Source: Longilinea sp. (GTDB taxonomy: Bacteria; Chloroflexota; Anaerolineae; Anaerolineales; Anaerolineaceae). From it: a DNA stretch of 64,000 bases. Position 1 is the first letter of the stretch. Each line of letters starts with the position of its first letter. A program made the position numbers and the translations under genes. Below the pieces are notes generated by a model. It saw nothing but the letters and a program-made list of their open reading frames with translations. It had not been told where the DNA came from and ran no database searches. The DNA lies in the NCBI GenBank assembly GCA_039810245.1, contig JBDHWQ010000023.1, positions 603 through 64,602 on the forward strand. The letters run 5' to 3'. Below, piece by piece: positions 18,718 through 27,335 of the stretch.

Positions 18718-21474
18718 TTAGATCAGTTTCTGTTCAATCGCTCGCCTGACCGCTGCCCTGCGGCTGTTGACTTCCAGCTTGCTGTAGATGCTCTTGGTAT
18801 GCGTGCGCACCGTGCTCAAGGCGACCATGAGCTCCTGGGCGATTTCCGGCCCGGAAAGCTCCGTTTGAAACAGGCGCAGCACCTGCAGTTCGCGCTGGCT
18901 GAGCGGCTCAACGAGCCCGGGTGATATGGAAGCTGCAGTGCCGGCGGTTTTACTCCCCTGTGGATGCTCTGCAGGAAAAGCTGCCAGCAGCTTGCGGATA
19001 TAGACGGAGTGGTCGTGAAGCAGCAGCGCTTCGCGCAGCAACTGTTCCATCGGCGCGCCTTCGTCCAGGAAAATGCGCGCATAACCCTCCGCCTCTGCCA
19101 GCGCCAGCGCCTGCCGGAGTGGCTTGAGTGTGGCATGGGGTTCGCCCAATTCGTGCTGGACCAGCGCCTGTATGATCCGAATCTCGATGACGCTTCTCAT
19201 CCTCCCGCCTGCTTGCGCCGCCTGCAACAGCCGGTCGAGCAGTATTTGCGCCTCTGAAACGATGCTCTGCTCCCGGCTGCGCCGGTAGCGAGCCAGCAGG
19301 ATTCGCGCCAGGGTGATGTGCTCGAACTCGCGCAGATAGCGCATGTCATCCGCGCCAGTCAAATTCCGTTCGTGGGCCCATTGAAGGGCCTCTTCTACCC
19401 GACCTTGAAGGATATACAGGCGGGCTTTCAGTGCCAGGATTGGCCGCACGTTGGGAGAGAAATCCCCGTCATACAAACGGCCGGCCTCATTCAGCAGGTC
19501 GAGAGCGCCGTCCAGGTCGCCCTCAGCCTGCCGGATGCGCGCCATCGCCACCCGCCAGCGGTAGCGGTTCTGCGGCAGCCCGGTATGCTCGCCCTGCTCC
19601 TTCGCTTGCATCAGGCATTGCGCGGCGGCAGCCAGATCGTTGTGCTCATAATACAGCTCGCTCATCCCAACCAGCATATCGGCGCTGCCGCGCAGTGTTG
19701 GCTCGCCGTGCTCAGAAGCAGTCCTGAGCGCTTGCTGGTAGATAGCCATTGCTTCCTGCAGCCGCCCCTGCGCGATGGTGATATCTGCCAGTGCCAGGGA
19801 ACAGCCGGTCGCATCAGCCAGGAAGCCCGCCCGCTGCAAGTTCATGATGCTGTCAGGATACACCTGCAGGGCGGCATCCAGTTCGCCAAGCGCCCAGGAG
19901 GAAAGCCCTAAAATAGCCCCTGCCCCGCCGCGCCTGAGGAAATCGTCTTGTGGCGCAAGCTCCAGCACGCGCCGGGCATGCCCAATGGCTTCATTTACCC
20001 TATTCAGCATCAAGGCCAGGCCGGCGCGATGCAGAGCAACCGCTCCAGGCAGCCGGCGGAATTCCTCCTGATTCACCACTACGCCGGTTTTTTTCTGTTC
20101 CGCGTGCGCATCCTGATCGATGTCCAGCCACTGTTCGGCAGCCAACAGCCAGCCTTCTACGCCTTCCATCACGCCGGTTTGCATTAACACCCCGGCATAC
20201 AGGTTGCAGAGCACCGGCCGTTCACGCACCAGCGCTTCGGGCAGCGCCTTCAGCCAGCCAAGCAGGATCAACTCCTGGCGGCTGCGAGACATGGCCGGGA
20301 ATACCCGCTCGATCAAATCTGCTGCCCGGGCGAAGTCGTCTGCAGCCAGCGAGTGCCGGATGGCATCCGCAAATGCGCCTTGCTGCTCAAACCATAGGCT
20401 GGCGCACCGGTGAAGGTTTGAAACCTGATCGGGTTCTTCGGCTTGCAGCTGCGCCAGCAGGACATCCGCGAACAGGTGGTGATAGCGGTACCAGCGGCGC
20501 TGATTATCCAGCGAGATCACAAAGAAATTACCGCGTTCCAGCGCTTCTAACTGCGCGCTGCCGTCCGCCTGGCCGGTCACGGCGTTGCATAATGAGCCAT
20601 TCAGACGTTCAAGAATGGACGTTTGCAGCAAAAAACGCCGCACTGGCCCGGGCTGGCGGCGCAGCACCTCGTCGATCAGGTAATCCATGATGTAGCGGTG
20701 ATCGCCGGAAAATTCGCGGATAAATGCGGGGATATCCGGGCCGCTCTGGATCGCCAGGGCAGCCAACTGAAGGCCGGCAATCCAGCCTTCCGTGCGCTCG
20801 TCCAACGCATCGATCTGTTCCGGCAGCAGTTTGACGCCCATGCCTGCCATAAAGTCGGCCGCCTCATGGGGGGTGAAGCGCAGGTCAGCGGCGCGCAGCT
20901 CGGTCATTTGCCCCCGGGCGCGCAGGCGTGCCAGGGGCAACGGGGGATCTTCGCGGGTGGTGATCACCAGGTGCATAACCGGCGGCAGGTGATCGATCAG
21001 ATAGGTGACGGCTTCATCCACCGGCTGCGAGTCGATCACGTGGTAGTCGTCGAGTACCAGGATTATCTTCCCGGGAACCGCGACGATATCATTGAGCACC
21101 GCCACCAGGATCGCTTCGACCGGGGCTTGAGCAGATTGAAGCGTCCCTTCAATGCCTCCGCCCAGCCCAGGAACAACCGTCCGCAACGCGGCGATGAGAT
21201 AGCTTAAAAAGCGCACCGGGTCGCTATCCTGATCATCCAGCGAAAGCCAGGCGGTACGAACTGGTGGCTCGTCCGGTCCGGCGTCCTCATTATGCCCGCA
21301 GCATTTCGCCCATTCGCTGATCAAGGTCGTTTTTCCAAAGCCGGCGGGCGCGGAAACGAGGGTCAGTTTGCGGCTCAGTCCCTGGTTAAGCCGCTCCACC
21401 AACCGGGATCGCAGCACATAGCTGGTGGAAGCCGGGGGGATATAGAGTTTTGTTGCCAGTAATGGAGCAACCAT
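18718..21474 (-). CDS. MalT-like STAND ATPase / LuxR-family transcriptional regulator
   Basis: Trimmed to '[14 protein letters not shown]'. Walker A is '[11 protein letters not shown]' and Walker B is '[10 protein letters not shown]'. Also has '[15 protein letters not shown]', TPR-like helical repeats, and a C-terminal LuxR HTH ('[12 protein letters not shown]...[25 protein letters not shown]'). Its ATG overlaps the stop of the upstream CPBP gene (TGATG at 21472-21476). Confidence 0.85.
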   Translation of the reverse strand: [918 protein letters not shown]

Positions 21475-22316
21475 CACACCCTCACTTTGCCTTCCAGATG
21501 GAAAGCAGCGCCAGAAAGGCAATAACGCACACCAAGACCGGGAAGGCTGGCTTCCAGCCCAAACGATCCACCGGTAAGCCATTCGAAACCGGGTTGGAAA
21601 ATCGGAATGAACAATCCTGATTGTTCTGTTCCGCTGACGCCAAAGCCGAGCAAGCCGCCCTGAACCCAGTTTGCCATGAAGTGGATTCCGAGCGGCATGG
21701 CAAGACTCCTGGTGCGGAGAAAGGCCAATCCGAACAGGATGGAAGCCAGGAAGATATTGATGCTTGCCAGTATTTTTACGCCGCCAATCATCCCCGGGTT
21801 ATTCAGATGGGTCAGCAAGAAAAAGACGGCCACAACCAGTTGAGCCGCCCACTGACCAATGCCAGTGATGAGACGTTGAAAGATAAAGCCGCGGAACAGC
21901 AGCTCTTCTGCGATGGCAACCCCGGCGAAGAGCAGCAGCCCCGAGGCCAGGCTGGATAAGCCTGTGGGATTCCACTGCCAGACGGCAAATCCCGTGATAC
22001 CGAGAAAGAGTGCGGGGATCAGCATCAGGGCGGCGCCGATCAGTCCACCCCTGGCAAGATCGCGAAACCAGCCCAGATCAATTTTCCCCAGCAGCTCTGT
22101 CAGGGGGTTACGCATCAGAAGCTGGCAGATGCCTGATACGGCCGCGATGAGTAACGCCTGGATACCAATCGACACCTCTTTCCCTGCTTGCTGCAATAAG
22201 ATGATGATCGGAACCAGGAGCAAAGCAAGCAAGAAAAAGAAGATCAGGATCCACCAGCCGCTGCGCAGCCGGCGGTCAGAGTTTCGAAACGGGTTGGTCG
22301 CTTTTCGTTCGAGCAT
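21474..22316 (-). CDS. CPBP-family (CAAX/Abi) intramembrane glutamic endopeptidase
   Basis: Multi-TM protein with motif 1 'AIAEELLFRGFIF', motif 2 'FFLLTHLNN' and motif 3 'GIHFMANW'. Confidence 0.8.
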   Translation of the reverse strand: MLERKATNPFRNSDRRLRSGWWILIFFFLLALLLVPIIILLQQAGKEVSIGIQALLIAAVSGICQLLMRNPLTELLGKIDLGWFRDLARGGLIGAALMLIPALFLGITGFAVWQWNPTGLSSLASGLLLFAGVAIAEELLFRGFIFQRLITGIGQWAAQLVVAVFFLLTHLNNPGMIGGVKILASINIFLASILFGLAFLRTRSLAMPLGIHFMANWVQGGLLGFGVSGTEQSGLFIPIFQPGFEWLTGGSFGLEASLPGLGVRYCLSGAAFHLEGKVRV

Positions 22317-22561
22317 CCTTCACCTTTTGATGAATCCCCCAAAAGGCAAGTGATTGCGTCCAGCATAACCAATGGCGGCGGCAGTGAGTTGCCTATTGGT
22401 TTCATGAAACAGACAGGGCTACCGGCAATTATGATGCAGATAGCCCTGACGGGTATTGTGGATCATAATGGATAATGTTGATCTTAATCTGTCTCAATAT
22501 GATTATAGGGAAAATTTTTCGAATGCAATATCGGTCGTGTTGTACAGTTTTCAGAAAATCA

Positions 22562-22792
22562 TCAGGATGCGTTGATGACGCTTTTCATGGCCATCTGCAA
22601 TAGCCTCAACTTGCCCAAACGGTCAAGCAATGCACACTGATTGCCGGCATTGTTGATGCCGCAGAAGTGAGCAAATACTACTGGAAAATGGGATTCCCCC
22701 TTTATTTCGTGAAAGCCTGGGCGCTTTTGTTTCCCAGGAACGAAGGTTTTTGGCAGCTTCAGAAGCGAGTGATCGCGCTGGTTTTTTTTCAA
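22562..22792 (-). CDS. hypothetical small ORF / possible gene remnant
   Basis: A 76-codon ORF with a TTG start in an AT-rich spacer, with no motif. It lies in the same frame as the upstream MprF-like gene, and that frame stays open from the TAG at 22973-22975 down to 22562. Confidence 0.25.
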   Translation of the reverse strand: MKKNQRDHSLLKLPKTFVPGKQKRPGFHEIKGESHFPVVFAHFCGINNAGNQCALLDRLGKLRLLQMAMKSVINAS

Positions 22793-22972
22793 TCGATTTA
22801 GCGCTATCGCCTCGCGAATGAGGCCGTTTCCAGCGCCGGCCCTCAGGCGGTTCCGGTAGCCACCCCGGCTCCGTCGAACGGGCAGAATGTGGCCCTTACC
22901 GTGAGCACGACACCATCCCCGGCTGTTTTCGAACCATCCGCTCGTTTCGGGGTCTGCTGTGTGTGGGGCTAG

Positions 22973-24685
22973 CTATTCTTTCCCTGGCTGCTTCCCCAGG
23001 TATTTCCACAGGTAATCATTTCCAGAATGGACGCGCAGCAGCGTGGAAAGCACCAGCGGCAGGCTCGCCGGCCCCGGATAGATCAGGTAGCGCGGCTCCC
23101 GGCGCGGATGGAATTTATCTTTAAAATCATGCAATCCTCTGAAATTGAAGAAGCGCATAACGCGTGTGGAAATCGCATGCAGCGCCTGCTCCACGCGTGG
23201 ATCATCCGGTTTTTCGCCCACCGCAACCAATGCACTCAATCCCAGGCTGAATGTGTCATATCCTGTTTCCCTGGCCCATTGGAGCATTCTGGCGAAAAGG
23301 AATTCCATGGTGCCATGTTCGACCCCGGGGTAATGGCGCATCAGGTCGATTGCCACTTCGTTTTTTGAATATTCGGGCATAAAATTCGCAAAGGCTGTCG
23401 GTGCGCCCCCTGGCGCATGCACCACGATCACCGAACTATTGCGAATGTAATCGTCATTGAACCAGCCATCGGAGAAATGCATCTCTCCACCGGTATGCAA
23501 TGTCAGCCAGGCATCGCTGATAGCCTTTAGAGAGGCCATCAGCGCGCCATCCAACGGAGACATATGAATCTCAGCGCGGTAACCGCCGCGCTCCATGCGG
23601 CTGATAGTGTTTCGAATTCCCTTATTTTTGCTGCCTTCCAGGGTGAAATCTCTGAGGTTAACGATGGCTTCAAAACCAAGGCAGAGGGCATCGAGCCCGG
23701 CGGAATGGTAGGCATCCAGGGTATCGGGCAGGGTGGACAAGAACGATGGTGTCCAGTCATTGCGGGCGCAAAAATCTAAGAAGCGGGCAATCGCTTCCGC
23801 TGCCTGCGCGGGCGGGCCAATCGGGTCACCCAGCGCCATGGCGCCGCGTTTGCTGGTTGCATAGGCAATGACAGTATCTTGAAAGAAGAAGTAGGATTTA
23901 TCCTCGAACAGCGCCGGGCGCGCGAGAGCCGTCCGGCCATATCGTTGGACGATCACCGCCGCTCGTTCTCTTTCTGCCGCGGTAGCTGGCAGCCTCACCA
24001 ATACCGGCCGGATCAGCATCAGCAGGGCGAAGCCGAGCGCTCCCAGGCCTATCACAGAAACCGAGTCGACAAAGTATTTGCCAAAGCTGGTGACCGGTTG
24101 TGGGCTGGGATTATAAAACGCAATGAACATTACGATTGTCTGGCGGATCGCGCCCCACAGGCTGTAACTGACGTGGAAGTGCCGGTCGAGAAGGTAGAAG
24201 CCGGTCGCGCCATACACCAGTGTGAAGACGAAAGCGGCTGCCAGAACGATCATCCCCTGGCGAAGTGAGGGACGGTCTGAGTCAGCATGGAAACTGCGGT
24301 GCAGGAAGATCAGAAGGATCAACAATCCCAGACCCAGGCTGGCTTCCTCAAAATCGAGTCCTTTGATCAGGTGGGCTGCGATGGATATACCCAGCAGGAT
24401 GATCGTCAGCAGCCATGCGGTTCGCTTGCGCCGCCACAGGCTGCTTGCCAGTAAGATCAAAGCAAAGCCAGCCAGCGCGGAAGTAAGCCTGCTGCCATGT
24501 GTGATCTCCAGGGGAAAGATCGTTCTGATAAGCGCCAGCCGGTCCCGTAGGGCAGGTTGAACGGCCGATGTCAGGTTAATCAAGCCCATCAGTAAAGTCA
24601 GCAGAGCGGAAAGACGTACTCCCCAGGCTTCCCAGGGAATATATTCTTTGGTCTTTCGTATGCTGGTATCTGTATTAATCATCAT
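22973..24685 (-). CDS. MprF-like protein: N-terminal multi-TM domain plus C-terminal aminoacyl-phosphatidylglycerol synthase-like (DUF2156) domain
   Basis: About 6 N-terminal TM helices, then a soluble domain with 'RYGRTALARPALFEDKSYFF' and 'DLMRHYPGVEHGTMEFLF'. It starts 7 nt after the mgtA stop. Confidence 0.7.
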   Translation of the reverse strand: MMINTDTSIRKTKEYIPWEAWGVRLSALLTLLMGLINLTSAVQPALRDRLALIRTIFPLEITHGSRLTSALAGFALILLASSLWRRKRTAWLLTIILLGISIAAHLIKGLDFEEASLGLGLLILLIFLHRSFHADSDRPSLRQGMIVLAAAFVFTLVYGATGFYLLDRHFHVSYSLWGAIRQTIVMFIAFYNPSPQPVTSFGKYFVDSVSVIGLGALGFALLMLIRPVLVRLPATAAERERAAVIVQRYGRTALARPALFEDKSYFFFQDTVIAYATSKRGAMALGDPIGPPAQAAEAIARFLDFCARNDWTPSFLSTLPDTLDAYHSAGLDALCLGFEAIVNLRDFTLEGSKNKGIRNTISRMERGGYRAEIHMSPLDGALMASLKAISDAWLTLHTGGEMHFSDGWFNDDYIRNSSVIVVHAPGGAPTAFANFMPEYSKNEVAIDLMRHYPGVEHGTMEFLFARMLQWARETGYDTFSLGLSALVAVGEKPDDPRVEQALHAISTRVMRFFNFRGLHDFKDKFHPRREPRYLIYPGPASLPLVLSTLLRVHSGNDYLWKYLGKQPGKE

Positions 24686-24691
24686 TCTCGA

Positions 24692-27220
24692 TTATTCAGA
24701 GTCCCGTATTCGTCTGTAGAACCACCGCTTTGTCATCTCGGCTGTGAAGAAATACAATACCACGATACTAAAAATCACCAGCAGGAGCGGCAGCGAGAGT
24801 GGAATGAACCCCAATAAACTGGCGAGCGGTGAATATGGAAGGTACAACGTGAACACGAGAACAAAAGCTGTCATGATTAACATAGGACGGCTGGGTTTGC
24901 TGTGAGTAAATGGAAGCCGGGTGCGTACTGCAAACACTACGATGCCTGCTGAAAGAACCGATTCGACGAACCAGCCGGTATGAAAAGTTTCCTGATTCGC
25001 CTTTATCACCCACATCAGCACTGCGAATGTAGCATAATCAAACACCGAGCTGAGCGTGCCAAAGATCAGCATAAAATGACGGATAAAGCCAATATCCATA
25101 CGCCGGGGTTGCTCTACGAGCATATCATCCACATTGTCGCTGGCGATGCTCATTTCGGGCAGGTCAGTCAGAAAATTGATCAGCAATATCTGTTTGGGCA
25201 GCATGGGAAGAAACGGCAGAAACAGGGATGCTCCCGCCATGCTGAACATATTGCCAAAGTTAGCGCTGGTGGCCATGAAGACATACTTCAGCGTGTTCGC
25301 AAAAGTCTTACGCCCCTGAACGATGCCATCGCGCAGCACGTCCAGATCCTGTTCGAGCAGCACCAGATCGGCGGCTTCCTTGGCCACATCCACTGCATTT
25401 GCTACGGAGATGCCCACATCCGCGCTGTGCAGCGATGGCGCATCGTTAATGCCGTCGCCCATGTAGCCTACCACGTGCCTGCGCTTCTTGAGCGCCAGGA
25501 TGATGCGTTCCTTTTCGTTGGGATCGACCTCTGCGAAAATGGTGGTTTCTTCAACGGCGTGCCAGAGTGCTTCATCCCCCAGGCTTTCCAAATCTGAGCC
25601 GGTTAACACTTTGGCGTTTTCGAACCCCACAACCTGACCGGTATGGCGTGCTACCAGTTTGTTGTCGCCCGTGATGATTTTGAGCTGAACGCCCAGCCTG
25701 GCCAGCTCCTGGATGGTTTCCTTAACCCCAGATTTGGGTGGATCGAAGAACAACAGGAACCCCTGAAAGGTCATCTCGCTTTCATCGGCCGTGGAATAGG
25801 GATGTTTCTGCGCGCTGGCGGGTTTGGACGCGACCCCTAAGACGCGAAACCCTTGACCGCTCCACTGCTCAAACCGCTCCTGCACCGCTGCTCGCATCAC
25901 GCTGTCCAGCGCTTTTTCCTGATTGCCGCTCTGCGCTCGTGAGCAAACGGCAAGCACATTTTCCAGCGCTCCCTTGGTGACCATGATCGCGGTTGAATCT
26001 GTCCCTCGGGCAACGACCGTCAGGCGCTTGCGAATGAAATCATACGGGATTTCATCTACTTTTGAATAATCCTGTGCCCCATCGGCTCCCATGTGGATAA
26101 TGGCCTCATCCAGCGGGTTGGCCAGTCCGGTCTGCATGAAAGCATTCAGGTAGGCAAGCAGTTTCACCTGCTCGGATGGCTCGCCGTTCACATTCAGGGC
26201 GCCGTCAAGCCGTATAACGCCCTCAGTCAGTGTGCCGGTCTTATCGGTACAGAGAATATCCATGCTGCCGAAGTTCTCAATCGACTCCAGCCGCCGGACT
26301 ATCACGCCGTGCTTTGCCATTTCTTGCGAGCCTCGCGCCAGGTTGATGTTGATAATGGCGGGCAGAAGCTGCGGCGTTAACCCGACGGCCAGCGCGATTG
26401 AAAAAAGGAGCGAATCGAGTACCGGTTTGTGAAATAAAACATTGAAAAAGAAGATCCCGAAAACCAGGATGAACATGACCTCCGTTAATAAGTAGCCCAG
26501 CCGCTTGATGCCACGCTCGAACTCGGTTTCTGGCGGTCGCAGAGTCAGGCGATCCGCGATCTGGCCAAAGGCGGTATTCCGCCCGGTCTCAACGATCAGC
26601 ACTTTGGCGCTTCCACTGCGGACATTGGTACCCATGAAAACCGTATTGGTCCGTTCTGGCAGCCCGGCATTTTCGGCCACTACGCCAGGGGTTTTCTCCA
26701 CCGGAAATGTCTCGCCAGTCAGCACCGCCTGGTTGACGAAAAAATCATTTGCTTCGAGCACCAGCCCATCAGCAGGAACCAGGCTGCCGGCGGAAAGTAA
26801 AACTACATCACCGGGGACGATTGCTTCCGTCGCGATGGAAATGGTTTTTCCGTCGCGCAGTACATTCGTCTGAAACGAGAGCTGCGCTTTTAACTTCTCA
26901 GATGCGGTATTGGCATTGAATTCCTGGAAGAAACTGAGCAAGGCGCTGCCCATTACAATTAGCAAAATGATAACCGCATCTGTCCAATCCTGCAGAAAGG
27001 CCGAGATCACGGTGGCAGCCAGGAGGATGATAACAATCGGGCTTTTGAATTGGTTGAGAAACAGCCCGAACGGTGTGACCTTTCCCTTCGTGTGGATAAT
27101 GTTTGGCCCAATATGTCGCAGTGTCTCCTGCGCCGCCTGCGTAGACAAACCGGCGATCGTAGAGTTCACTTTTTGGAGTACGCTATCTGCAGGTTCGGAC
27201 CAAAAGGGAAGGGTTGCCAT
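24692..27220 (-). CDS. mgtA: Mg2+-importing P-type ATPase
   Basis: P-type motifs 'CTDKTGTLT', 'ITGDN' and 'MGDGINDAPSL'. The MgtA-type TM region is 'PFLPMLPKQILLINFLTDLPE'. Confidence 0.88.
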   Translation of the reverse strand: MATLPFWSEPADSVLQKVNSTIAGLSTQAAQETLRHIGPNIIHTKGKVTPFGLFLNQFKSPIVIILLAATVISAFLQDWTDAVIILLIVMGSALLSFFQEFNANTASEKLKAQLSFQTNVLRDGKTISIATEAIVPGDVVLLSAGSLVPADGLVLEANDFFVNQAVLTGETFPVEKTPGVVAENAGLPERTNTVFMGTNVRSGSAKVLIVETGRNTAFGQIADRLTLRPPETEFERGIKRLGYLLTEVMFILVFGIFFFNVLFHKPVLDSLLFSIALAVGLTPQLLPAIININLARGSQEMAKHGVIVRRLESIENFGSMDILCTDKTGTLTEGVIRLDGALNVNGEPSEQVKLLAYLNAFMQTGLANPLDEAIIHMGADGAQDYSKVDEIPYDFIRKRLTVVARGTDSTAIMVTKGALENVLAVCSRAQSGNQEKALDSVMRAAVQERFEQWSGQGFRVLGVASKPASAQKHPYSTADESEMTFQGFLLFFDPPKSGVKETIQELARLGVQLKIITGDNKLVARHTGQVVGFENAKVLTGSDLESLGDEALWHAVEETTIFAEVDPNEKERIILALKKRRHVVGYMGDGINDAPSLHSADVGISVANAVDVAKEAADLVLLEQDLDVLRDGIVQGRKTFANTLKYVFMATSANFGNMFSMAGASLFLPFLPMLPKQILLINFLTDLPEMSIASDNVDDMLVEQPRRMDIGFIRHFMLIFGTLSSVFDYATFAVLMWVIKANQETFHTGWFVESVLSAGIVVFAVRTRLPFTHSKPSRPMLIMTAFVLVFTLYLPYSPLASLLGFIPLSLPLLLVIFSIVVLYFFTAEMTKRWFYRRIRDSE

Positions 27221-27335
27221 ACGCGTTCCTTGACATATAAAGTCGATTATATTGATTATAGGAACGAATTTAGGATTCCGCTACATCGGACTATAATATG
27301 GCCTGGATATTGTTTTATAACGTCCAGCAAAAAGG

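Noticed and set aside
18718-21582. Long N-terminal extensions offered by the ORF track for many genes, for example 18718-21582, 29661-32456, 35853-37256, 14448-15089, 52747-53517, 28371-28955, 50175-51638 and 54898-55638.
   Set aside because: The extensions are Arg/Cys/Trp-rich or overlap the upstream gene. Internal ATGs with good RBS or -10 context coincide with the conserved family N-termini, so I trimmed the starts accordingly.
27221-27335. I looked for an M-box (Mg2+) riboswitch or an mgtA leader peptide upstream of mgtA.
   Set aside because: Only about 115 bp is available, it is AT-rich, and it contains promoter-like boxes but no recognisable M-box helices.
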